Shown piece by piece: positions 26,164 to 33,251 of a stretch of DNA of 42,454 nucleotides. Below the pieces are notes generated by a model. That model was not told the origin of the DNA and made no database searches. It was given only the letters and a program-made list of their open reading frames with translations. The DNA is from a virus (Duplodnaviria > Caudoviricetes): positions 1-42,454 of IMG/VR virus record IMGVR_UViG_3300037515_000929; one strand, 5' to 3'. The stretch's first letter is position 1, and each line of letters starts with the position of its first letter. A program made the position numbers and the translations under genes.

Positions 26164-27312
26164 TCACTTCAGCTTCGCCCGCTTCCGGGCGGCCTCCCGG
26201 AGCGTCGCCTCGTCGACGATCGCGTAGCGCCGGTAGATCGCCTCGGTCGCGTGCCCGACCATCGCCATCGCCGCGGCGCGCGGCACCCCCGACCGCTCGA
26301 GGTTCCGGACCGCGGTGCGTCGGAAGTCGTGGAGGAGCTTCCCGGGCACCCCCGCCGCCCTGCAGGCGGCCCGCCAGGCGCCGTACATGCTCCGGATCTG
26401 CCGCCCGGAGCGGTGGAACACCCAGGGGCAGATCCGGGCCTCGCGCTGCTCGAGCACGTCCGTCCGCCGGCGCTGCTCGAGCAGGACCTGGCGCAGCTCG
26501 GGGAAGTCGCGGAACGGGAAGAGCCGGCCGCGGTGGTGGACGTCCTTCGTCTCGCCCGGATCGAGCCGGAGCCAGCCCTCCCGCAGGTCGACGTGCTTCC
26601 ACTGGCGGCTCAGCACCTCGCTCCGCCGCCAGCCGGTGAGGTAGTAGGTCAGGATCACGGGCCGGAGGTCCTCGTCCAGGTGGGGGAGGACGGCGTCGAG
26701 CTGGGGGCGCTCGAAGAAGCCCGCCCGCCCCGGCGGCTCCTGCAGCAGCTCCACGGGGGGGACGTAGCCGACCAGCCGCATCTTGTACCCGAGCCGGAAG
26801 GCGCGGCGGAGCGCCGCGAGCTCGCGGTTGACCGTGGCGTTCGCGGCGCCCTCGGCCAGGCGCGCCGTGACGTACCCCTGGATCCGCTCCGGGCCGATGG
26901 TGGCCGCTGGCTGCGTGCCGAAGGCCACCGTCAGGCGCTTCAGGCACCGGGTGACGTCGGCGATCGACCGGCGCCGGTTGGCGGCGTAGTCGCGCTCGAC
27001 GAGCTGCGCCAGGTCGGCCCAGGTCGTGCGCCGGAGCTCGGGGGAGACGAAGGCGCCGCGGTCGGCCGCCACCAGGCGCTTCCGCAGCAGCTCCTCGGCC
27101 TTCCGCACCTGGTGGCGCGGCAGGCCCGTGTTCTCCCGCACCACCCGCCCGCCGACGTAGTACTGGATCCGGATCGTCGGCCGGTCCTCGTCGAGGACGG
27201 TGCCGGTGCCGCGGCGGCCGCCCTTCTTCTCCGCCGGGAGGTCGCGGCCGCAGTGCCGGCACACGACCGCCGCCGCCTGGATCTCCTCGGCGCAGAACGG
27301 GCAGCGCTTCAT
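26164..27312 (-). CDS. int: Tyrosine integrase with N-terminal zinc ribbon
   Basis: TGWRRSE (R), GETK (K), HDFRR, VGH, IYRRY; ATVNRELAALRRAF; N-terminal CPFC...CRHC; RBS GAGGT. Confidence 0.95.
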   Translation of the reverse strand: MKRCPFCAEEIQAAAVVCRHCGRDLPAEKKGGRRGTGTVLDEDRPTIRIQYYVGGRVVRENTGLPRHQVRKAEELLRKRLVAADRGAFVSPELRRTTWADLAQLVERDYAANRRRSIADVTRCLKRLTVAFGTQPAATIGPERIQGYVTARLAEGAANATVNRELAALRRAFRLGYKMRLVGYVPPVELLQEPPGRAGFFERPQLDAVLPHLDEDLRPVILTYYLTGWRRSEVLSRQWKHVDLREGWLRLDPGETKDVHHRGRLFPFRDFPELRQVLLEQRRRTDVLEQREARICPWVFHRSGRQIRSMYGAWRAACRAAGVPGKLLHDFRRTAVRNLERSGVPRAAAMAMVGHATEAIYRRYAIVDEATLREAARKRAKLK

Positions 27313-27389
27313 GGGACCTCTTCACTGGAGACTAACGCACGAGGGTCGCAGCTCGAACAGAACGGCGGCCCAGGGCGGAGCCTGCGGGA

Positions 27390-27412
27390 ACCCTGACGGA
27401 ATATGTCAGGGT
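27390..27412. promoter_or_regulatory. Inverted repeat ACCCTGAC-N7-GTCAGGGT between RHH gene and int
   Basis: Perfect 8-bp arms; operator or RNA hairpin. Confidence 0.45.
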
Positions 27413-27447
27413 GCGCCGCACACCCTGCCCGCCCCTCATGCGTCGAC

Positions 27448-27618
27448 CTAAGCTCCCTTGCGCTTCAGGTAGTCGGCCAGGGCCTCATTCACGGTCGCCT
27501 GCAACGTCGTGTCGTGCTCCACGGCGTAGCGGCGCGCCCGCTTGTGCAGGTCCGGCTCTAGCCGTATCGACGTCGGCTGCAACAACCCTTCTTTCGCTCT
27601 CGGTCTTGCCTTCGCCAT
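27448..27618 (-). CDS. Ribbon-helix-helix DNA-binding protein, candidate repressor
   Basis: TSIRL-EPDLHKRARRYAVEHDTTLQATVNEALADYL; G-rich RBS; codirectional with int. Confidence 0.85.
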   Translation of the reverse strand: MAKARPRAKEGLLQPTSIRLEPDLHKRARRYAVEHDTTLQATVNEALADYLKRKGA

Positions 27619-27636
27619 CGACGATGGCCCCCCCTT

Positions 27637-27716
27637 GTGGCGCACCCAATATAGAACGTGAGCGTGGTATAGCGCAAGTCCTATTGCTTGACGTGGCGCA
27701 ATAGCGCACGTAGTAT
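27637..27716. promoter_or_regulatory. Divergent promoters with RTRGCGCA boxes
   Basis: Rightward TTGACG (27688) N17 TAGTAT (27711); leftward TTGCGC N18 TATATT (27677 to 27648); boxes at 27637, 27669, 27693, 27701. Confidence 0.7.
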
Positions 27717-27741
27717 GTAGTGCGAGGCAAGAGTAAGGAAG

Positions 27742-28251
27742 ATGGCTGCGCCGAAGCGTGTCACCGACAACGAGGTAGTCCAGGCCATCAGGTGTTGGCG
27801 CGGCAACGTCGCCGCGGCGGCGGATGTCCTCGGGATGCAGCCTCGAAACCTCCGGAAACGCTTGGACTCGCTACAGGTCGACCTCGAGCGGATCCGCGAG
27901 GAGAGCCTAAAGGACCCGGTCCTATCGAAGGGACCCGGTCCTATCGGCCCCAAGGCGGCCACCGAGGCTCGATCTGTAGTCGAGTCCTTTCCACGGCGCA
28001 TCGCAGTCACTAGCTTGGCTCACGTGAACGACGCGGCTACCGCCGAGCTCCCGATCAAGGCGATTCGTCCGAGGCGGACGCCGCTGCGGCTGCTCCCAGA
28101 GCACCAGGACCAGCTCCGGGACGCCAAGCTGGACTTCGGCGCCCGCTTCCGGCTGGAGACTGACGAGAACGCGATCCTCAACCAGTTCTTCGAGGAGGAG
28201 TTCGAGGCATGGCGGACGAAGAAGCTCGACAGGACCGAGGGTGGCGAGTGA
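27742..28251 (+). CDS. Fis-type HTH regulator, possible C-terminal RHH
   Basis: AIRCWRGNVAAAADVLGMQPRNLRKRL; first gene of the early operon. Confidence 0.8.
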   Translation: MAAPKRVTDNEVVQAIRCWRGNVAAAADVLGMQPRNLRKRLDSLQVDLERIREESLKDPVLSKGPGPIGPKAATEARSVVESFPRRIAVTSLAHVNDAATAELPIKAIRPRRTPLRLLPEHQDQLRDAKLDFGARFRLETDENAILNQFFEEEFEAWRTKKLDRTEGGE

Positions 28252-28284
28252 CGAGCCTCCAGGCGCTGCGGGCCGAGGCCCTCG
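28247..28284 (+). repeat. 38-bp direct repeat, copy 1
   Basis: AGTGACGAGCCTCCAGGCGCTGCGGGCCGAGGCCCTCG, identical at 29121-29158. Confidence 0.95.
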
Positions 28285-28300
28285 CGGAGGGTCAGGCCCC

Positions 28301-29125
28301 ATGAAGCCCGCCCTCCGCGTCACGAAGGATTACGACATCTTCGACCTGCACGTGCACAACCGCGAGATCCGGACGAAGGCCCATCTGTTCAGGTCGATGA
28401 AGCAGCACGGGTTCATGCCGTCGTCGCCAGTCCAATGCGTACAGGAAGGGTCCGGAAGGCTCCAGGTCATCCGAGGACACCACCGCATCTTGTTCGCGCG
28501 GCAGCTCGGGTTGCCCGTCTGGTACGTCGTCGACGACTCAAACACGGACATCTACGACCTGGAGGCCGACAGCAGCAACAGCTGGAAGCTTCGCGACTTC
28601 GTGGTGAGCTATGCGAGTGCCGGTCTACCCGCATACGCGAAGATCCTGGATTTCCAGCGGGAGCACGGCATCACCCAGCAGATCGCGATCAATCTGCTTG
28701 GCGGGCAAGGGGCTCGCAGTAACAACAGATTGGAGCAGGTGAAGAGGGGAACTTTCGCGATTGCTGAAGATCTCTCCCACGCGCACGCGGTTGTCGATGT
28801 CGTGGGCCACCTCCGATCCGGCGGCGTCGCCTTCGCCTCACAGTCCAACTTCGTCGCTGCGCTATCAAGTGCTCTTCGCGTCCCCGAGTTCGACGCGAAG
28901 TTGCTCAAGCACCGCTTCACGCAGGCCCCGGGACTCCTCCAGCCGAGGACGTCCATGGAGGGGTACCTGGACGAGGTGGAGGCTCTCTACAACCACGGAG
29001 CCAAGGGGAGGCGCGTGCCGCTTAAGTTCCGGGCCCGCGAGGTCGCGCGAGAGCGCCAGGCTACCTTCGGCGGGAGGATCACTCGAGCCCGCAGCAAGAA
29101 GGGCGAGGACGAGGCCGGCCAGTGA
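28301..29125 (+). CDS. ParB N-terminal-domain protein (lower-GC insert)
   Basis: TKDYDIF...NR, SMKQHG, VIRGHHR, QLGLPV, WKLRDF; visibly more A/T-ending codons. Confidence 0.8.
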   Translation: MKPALRVTKDYDIFDLHVHNREIRTKAHLFRSMKQHGFMPSSPVQCVQEGSGRLQVIRGHHRILFARQLGLPVWYVVDDSNTDIYDLEADSSNSWKLRDFVVSYASAGLPAYAKILDFQREHGITQQIAINLLGGQGARSNNRLEQVKRGTFAIAEDLSHAHAVVDVVGHLRSGGVAFASQSNFVAALSSALRVPEFDAKLLKHRFTQAPGLLQPRTSMEGYLDEVEALYNHGAKGRRVPLKFRAREVARERQATFGGRITRARSKKGEDEAGQ

Positions 29126-29158
29126 CGAGCCTCCAGGCGCTGCGGGCCGAGGCCCTCG
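29121..29158 (+). repeat. 38-bp direct repeat, copy 2
   Basis: Identical to 28247-28284; holds the start of the Xis-like gene. Confidence 0.95.
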
Positions 29159-29424
29159 AGCTGATCGCGAGCGGGCACAAGAAGATCGCTGAGGGGAACG
29201 TGATCCTCGCGCGGCTGGAGATGTCGACGCCGTCGCCGGCGTCGAACGGGCGCGGGCTCCCCGACCTGATCAGCCTCGAGGCCGCGCTGGAGCTGATCCC
29301 GACGCCGATGCGGCGCGAGACGCTGATGCGCCAGGTCGGCGGCATGTCGTGGGTCCGACGGCCGAGCAAGCGGAAGGTCGTCTTCGAGCGCGTCGGGTTC
29401 ACGCGCTGGCTGGCGTCCCGGTGA
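29122..29424 (+). CDS. Excisionase-like winged-HTH protein
   Basis: LISLEAALELI...RETLMR...WVRRPSKRKVVFERVGFTRWL. Confidence 0.6.
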   Translation: MTSLQALRAEALELIASGHKKIAEGNVILARLEMSTPSPASNGRGLPDLISLEAALELIPTPMRRETLMRQVGGMSWVRRPSKRKVVFERVGFTRWLASR

Positions 29425-29672
29425 GCCCCCTCGAGGACCTGCTCCGCGCGCAGCAGCCCACGCCACTCCAGAAGGCGATCGGCGAGGCGGCGACGACGCT
29501 CAGCGTCCTGGGGCCCCTGACGGGGGCCGTGTACCACTCCACGCCGGCGCTCCAGCTGCGGATCCTCGACGAGATCCAGGACGCGCTGGTGAAGGCCGCT
29601 GGGCAGATCGCCGAGGCGCGGTGCGTCGTCGAGGCGGGGATCGAGCGCGAGCTCGCGGGGCCGTCCCGGTGA
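29421..29672 (+). CDS. Hypothetical protein
   Basis: GTGA overlaps at both ends; GC3 bias. Confidence 0.7.
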   Translation: MSPLEDLLRAQQPTPLQKAIGEAATTLSVLGPLTGAVYHSTPALQLRILDEIQDALVKAAGQIAEARCVVEAGIERELAGPSR

Positions 29673-30067
29673 AGGCCTGGCTCCGGGGGCTCGCACGTCG
29701 AGCGCTCCACGTGGGCCTGCCGCGGCGCCCGATGACGCACGGGGTGCCTCCGCTGCCGAAGCCCCTGCCCTCCCCGCCGCCGGCGCCGCCGCGCCCGGAG
29801 CCCACCGGCCCGCTCGCGCGGAGCTGGTGGCGTTGGTGGCAGCCGCTCGAGCGGCTGGCCACGTCGATCGCCGGCCAGGCCCCGCGGTACTACGACGCCG
29901 AGGTGTTGGCGCGGCGCGCCTTCTACGCCGGCGCCCGGGCGGCGCTGTCGATCATCGACGGCAAGGCCGAGGACCTCCCCGTCGACGCCGAGCCGACCGA
30001 GGACCAGGTCGGCGCCGCCGAGGAGCGCTTCGTCCGCATGCTCGAGGAGCTCGAGGTGTACCGGTGA
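29669..30067 (+). CDS. Hypothetical protein with RAFYAGA motif
   Basis: GTGA overlaps; motif shared with 30926-31435. Confidence 0.7.
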   Translation: MKAWLRGLARRALHVGLPRRPMTHGVPPLPKPLPSPPPAPPRPEPTGPLARSWWRWWQPLERLATSIAGQAPRYYDAEVLARRAFYAGARAALSIIDGKAEDLPVDAEPTEDQVGAAEERFVRMLEELEVYR

Positions 30068-30663
30068 GGCGCGGGAGCCGCCGGGTACCGTGGAAGCCCG
30101 AGGACGAACTCTTGCTCCTCGCGCGCTACCCGCACGAGCCGACGAGCCGCGTCGCTCGCGACCTGCGGCGCAGCGCGGCTGCCGTCTCGAGCCGCGCGTT
30201 GCAGCTCGGCCTGGCCAAGAGTCCAGAGTACCTGGCGAGTCCGGAGGCGTGCCGCCCGCCGGGTTGGGCGCCGGGGCGCATGGCGGAGACGCAGTTCAAG
30301 CCGGGGGAGCGCCGGGGCGTCGCTGTCCGCCTGTACAAGCCGATCGGCCATGAGCGGTTGAGCAAAGAGGGCTACCTCCAGCGGAAGATCCACGACGGGC
30401 TCCCCCGGCAGAGTCGCTGGCGCGCGGTCCACCTGCTCGTCTGGGAGGCGGCGAACGGCCCCTTGCCGCAGGGACACGTCGTCGCGTTCCGCAACGGCGA
30501 CAAGCGGGACATCCGCCTCGAGAACCTGGAGTGCATCCCGCGCCGCGAGCTGATGCGGCGGAACACGATTCACCGGCTGCCGCAGCCGCTGGCCGAGACG
30601 ATCCAGCTGCTGGGCGCGCTCAACCGCCAGATCCGGCAGCGCCAGAAGAGGTGCGCAGCGTGA
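30064..30663 (+). CDS. HNH endonuclease-family protein
   Basis: TQFKPG, WRAVHLLVWEAANGPLPQGHVVAFRNGDKRDIRLENLECI. Confidence 0.88.
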   Translation: MRRGSRRVPWKPEDELLLLARYPHEPTSRVARDLRRSAAAVSSRALQLGLAKSPEYLASPEACRPPGWAPGRMAETQFKPGERRGVAVRLYKPIGHERLSKEGYLQRKIHDGLPRQSRWRAVHLLVWEAANGPLPQGHVVAFRNGDKRDIRLENLECIPRRELMRRNTIHRLPQPLAETIQLLGALNRQIRQRQKRCAA

Positions 30664-30929
30664 GGAATAAGATCACCGACCTGAGGAACCACCTCTTCGA
30701 GACGCTCGAGCTGCTGAAGGACAAGGACGAGCCGATGGAGCTGGACCGGGCCCGGGCCGTCGCCGACGTCTCGCGCGTCATCGTCGACACGGCGAAGGTC
30801 GAGGTCGAGTTCCTGAAGGTCACGGGGGCGATCCGCAGCACGGAGTTCCTCCCCGACGGACTCGAAGCCGGCCAGGAGAAGCCGACGCCGCTGCTCCGGG
30901 TCGGCGGCCAGAAGCCGAGGCGCGCGTGA
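30660..30929 (+). CDS. Phage hypothetical protein coupled to the HNH gene
   Basis: NKITDLRNHLFETLE...RARAV...IVDTAKVEV; GTGA overlap. Confidence 0.8.
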   Translation: MRNKITDLRNHLFETLELLKDKDEPMELDRARAVADVSRVIVDTAKVEVEFLKVTGAIRSTEFLPDGLEAGQEKPTPLLRVGGQKPRRA

Positions 30930-31435
30930 AGATCCGCCTGCGCTCGACCGACCGCCTCGACCACGGGTCGCCGCCTTCGCGCGTCTGGAAGGGCCGGACG
31001 GAGGACGGGGTCCCTGTCGTCGCGTTGGTGCTGCTCCTCGCGTCGCCCCGCGACGACGAGGAGCCCGAGGTCCTCGAGCGGACGCGGGCCGCGCTCCAGA
31101 CCCGGATCGAGTCCTCGGCCGTGATCACGATCCCGATCGCCCAGGCCGCCGCGGCGGCGCCGGGCCCGGACGGGCCGATCGCGGGCGAGTGGCGCAGCTA
31201 CCGCGAGGGAGTCCTGCCCGCCGAGGCGCCCGACGTCCAGGTCCTCGAGACCAAGCGCGCGTTCTACGCGGGCGCGTGGGCGCTGCTGCAGCTGATGCTC
31301 AACCTCGACGAGGGCACCCTGGACGCGACCGATCAGGACCTCCGGGTGATGGACGTCATCCACCAGGAGCTCCAGTCCTTCGGCGCCGGTGGAGGCCTCG
31401 ATCTCGACGTAACCGGAGGTGGCCCCGGGCAGTAG
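30926..31435 (+). CDS. Hypothetical two-domain protein with RAFYAGA motif
   Basis: GTGA overlap; RVWKGRTEDGVPV and ETKRAFYAGA. Confidence 0.75.
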   Translation: MKIRLRSTDRLDHGSPPSRVWKGRTEDGVPVVALVLLLASPRDDEEPEVLERTRAALQTRIESSAVITIPIAQAAAAAPGPDGPIAGEWRSYREGVLPAEAPDVQVLETKRAFYAGAWALLQLMLNLDEGTLDATDQDLRVMDVIHQELQSFGAGGGLDLDVTGGGPGQ

Positions 31436-31473
31436 ACCGGCCCGCCGACTTCGAACCCCGTAGGAGGAACAGG

Positions 31474-31641
31474 ATGCCTGCGCCAACCGAACAGCGAAGC
31501 TCTGCCCCGGACCGGATCCGGACTGTCTGCTGCGTCTGCAAGGAGCTGATCCAGGACGGGGCGACGCCCCACGGGCTCGTGTCGCACGGGGTCCACCCGG
31601 GCGAGTGCGCGCGCCGGCTGCGCGACGGCGAGGCCGCGTGA
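31474..31641 (+). CDS. Small putative zinc-finger protein
   Basis: RBS AGGAGG; CCVC...SHGVHPGEC. Confidence 0.65.
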   Translation: MPAPTEQRSSAPDRIRTVCCVCKELIQDGATPHGLVSHGVHPGECARRLRDGEAA

Positions 31642-32336
31642 CGGCCGGGGAGCAGCTCGAGAAAGAGTATCCGGCGCAACACCGACTCCAGCAGCTCGAG
31701 GACGCCTGGCGCCAGTGCCCGCCGGGGAGCCACGAGCAGCGCGCCCTGGCCCTGCTGCGCGCGGCCGCCGCGCAGAACCGGCACTACATCGAGCTCCAGC
31801 AGCGGGCGCACGCGGACCGGCGCCTGCTGGAGAAGTGCCGGCACGTCCTCAACGGCGTCGCGTCTCAGATCGTGAGTCACGACCGCGTCTATCGGCCCCT
31901 GGTCGACGAGATCGACAACAGGTTCGGGGCCGGCCGGGGCCGGTGGAGCGGGTGCGGGCCGGGTGGCGGCCGCGCCGGCCGTTCGGGCGCCCATGAGCGC
32001 CCGGTGACGCCACTCGCCGAGACCGGCGGGCGCCGGCGCTGCCGCTACTGCGGCCGGCCGATCCGCTTCGCTCTGCTCCCGGACGGGCGCCAGGTGCCGT
32101 ACGACCCCGAGCCCAACCCGGCGGGCAGCCTGGTCTTCGAGCGAGCGCGGACGGAGTCCGGCGACGAGCTGGCGCTCCGCCGGGCCGTGTTCGCCGCGCT
32201 CGGCGAGCGGCCGGGTGAGGCGCGCTACCTGCCGCACCGGAGCAGCTGCCCGGCTCGTGCCGCCCGCCGGCGGCGCCGCGGCGGGCGGCACTCGCCCGGC
32301 CGCCGCCAGCGCCATCTCTTCGGGGGGACACCTTGA
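31638..32336 (+). CDS. Hypothetical protein with C-terminal CxxC...HxxxC domain (possibly two genes)
   Basis: GTGA overlap; CRYCGRPIRF...YDPEP...PHRSSCP; internal in-frame GTG at 32004. Confidence 0.6.
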   Translation: MTAGEQLEKEYPAQHRLQQLEDAWRQCPPGSHEQRALALLRAAAAQNRHYIELQQRAHADRRLLEKCRHVLNGVASQIVSHDRVYRPLVDEIDNRFGAGRGRWSGCGPGGGRAGRSGAHERPVTPLAETGGRRRCRYCGRPIRFALLPDGRQVPYDPEPNPAGSLVFERARTESGDELALRRAVFAALGERPGEARYLPHRSSCPARAARRRRRGGRHSPGRRQRHLFGGTP

Positions 32337-32497
32337 GCGCCCGCCTGCTCCGCTTCCCGCCCGGCTCGGCTCCGCGCCTGCTCGTCGTGCCCGGTCGCGT
32401 CGGTCGCCTCCGTCGCTTCGCGTTCGCCCGGATGCGCCTCGAGGTCTGGCTCCGGGTGCGGCTGTACCGGTACCGCCGGTGGAGGAGGCGCCTGTGA
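32333..32497 (+). CDS. Small Arg-rich protein (54 aa, absent from ORF track)
   Basis: TTGA and GTGA overlaps; MSARLLRFPPG...RLYRYRRWRRRL. Confidence 0.5.
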   Translation: MSARLLRFPPGSAPRLLVVPGRVGRLRRFAFARMRLEVWLRVRLYRYRRWRRRL

Positions 32498-32715
32498 TCG
32501 GCGAGATCTTCGATGCCGTCGCCGCGAGACTGATCTGGGGGATGTGGGGGGTGTCGCTGATCGCCGGCGCCGCCGGCGGTGCGGTCCTCCTCGGCGCCGG
32601 CTGGGTCTGGGGATACCTCTCGCGCTGCCGGGACGAGCGCGAGGCGCAGCTGAGCGACGAGTGGCGTGCGGAGCGCGCGCGCCAGGAGCAAGTGGCCGAG
32701 GAGGACTCCGCATGA
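32494..32715 (+). CDS. Small membrane protein
   Basis: RBS GGAGG; LIWGMWGVSLIAGAAGGAVLLGAGWVWGYL. Confidence 0.65.
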   Translation: MIGEIFDAVAARLIWGMWGVSLIAGAAGGAVLLGAGWVWGYLSRCRDEREAQLSDEWRAERARQEQVAEEDSA

Positions 32716-33251
32716 GCGCCGTCCGCGTGTGCCGGGTCAGAGCCCATCAGCAGGCCCCGCTGCACGTCCGTGGCGACGACGTCGTCTGCCGGTGGTGCGG
32801 GCCGGTCCGTCGCTGGCTCGTGGTCGACGGGCTCGGCGCGCCGCTGGAGGCGTTCCGCGACGACCGCGAGCGCCCCGAGGTGAGGCGCCGGATGTCGGAG
32901 GCCCGCAAGCGGGCGTTGGCCGACCCCGAGGTGAGGCGCCGGATGTCGGAGGCCAGCAAGCGGGCGTTGGCCGACCCCGAGGTGAGGCGCCGGATGTCGG
33001 AGGCCAGCAAGCGGGCGTGGGCCGACCCCGAGGTGAGGCGCCGGATGTCGGAGGCCAGCAAGCGGGCGTTGGCCGACCCCGAGGTGCGGCGCCGGATGTC
33101 GGAGGCCCGCAAGCGGGCGTGGGCCGACCCCGAGGTGCGGCGCCGGATGTCGGAGGCCAGCAAGCGGGCGTTGGCCGACCCCGAGGTGAGGCGCCGGATG
33201 AGCGAGGCCCAGCAGCGACGCCGCAATCGCGAGCGTCAGAGGAGGCACTGA
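32712..33251 (+). CDS. 17-aa tandem repeat protein (NUMOD3-like) with Cys/His N-terminus
   Basis: ATGA overlap; PEVRRRMSEA(S/R)KRA(L/W)AD x6 plus partial. Confidence 0.75.
   Translation: MSAVRVCRVRAHQQAPLHVRGDDVVCRWCGPVRRWLVVDGLGAPLEAFRDDRERPEVRRRMSEARKRALADPEVRRRMSEASKRALADPEVRRRMSEASKRAWADPEVRRRMSEASKRALADPEVRRRMSEARKRAWADPEVRRRMSEASKRALADPEVRRRMSEAQQRRRNRERQRRH
32874..33209 (+). repeat. 51-bp in-frame tandem repeat, 6 full copies plus 30 bp
   Basis: Unit CCCGAGGTG(A/C)GGCGCCGGATGTCGGAGGCC(A/C)GCAAGCGGGCGT(T/G)GGCCGAC. Confidence 0.95.

Noticed and set aside
28247-29158. IS element or DGR template/variable repeat pair
   Set aside because: No transposase, terminal inverted repeats or reverse transcriptase; the copies are identical, with no adenine-specific differences.
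32874-33209. CRISPR array
   Set aside because: Contiguous in-frame repeats with no unique spacers and no cas genes.
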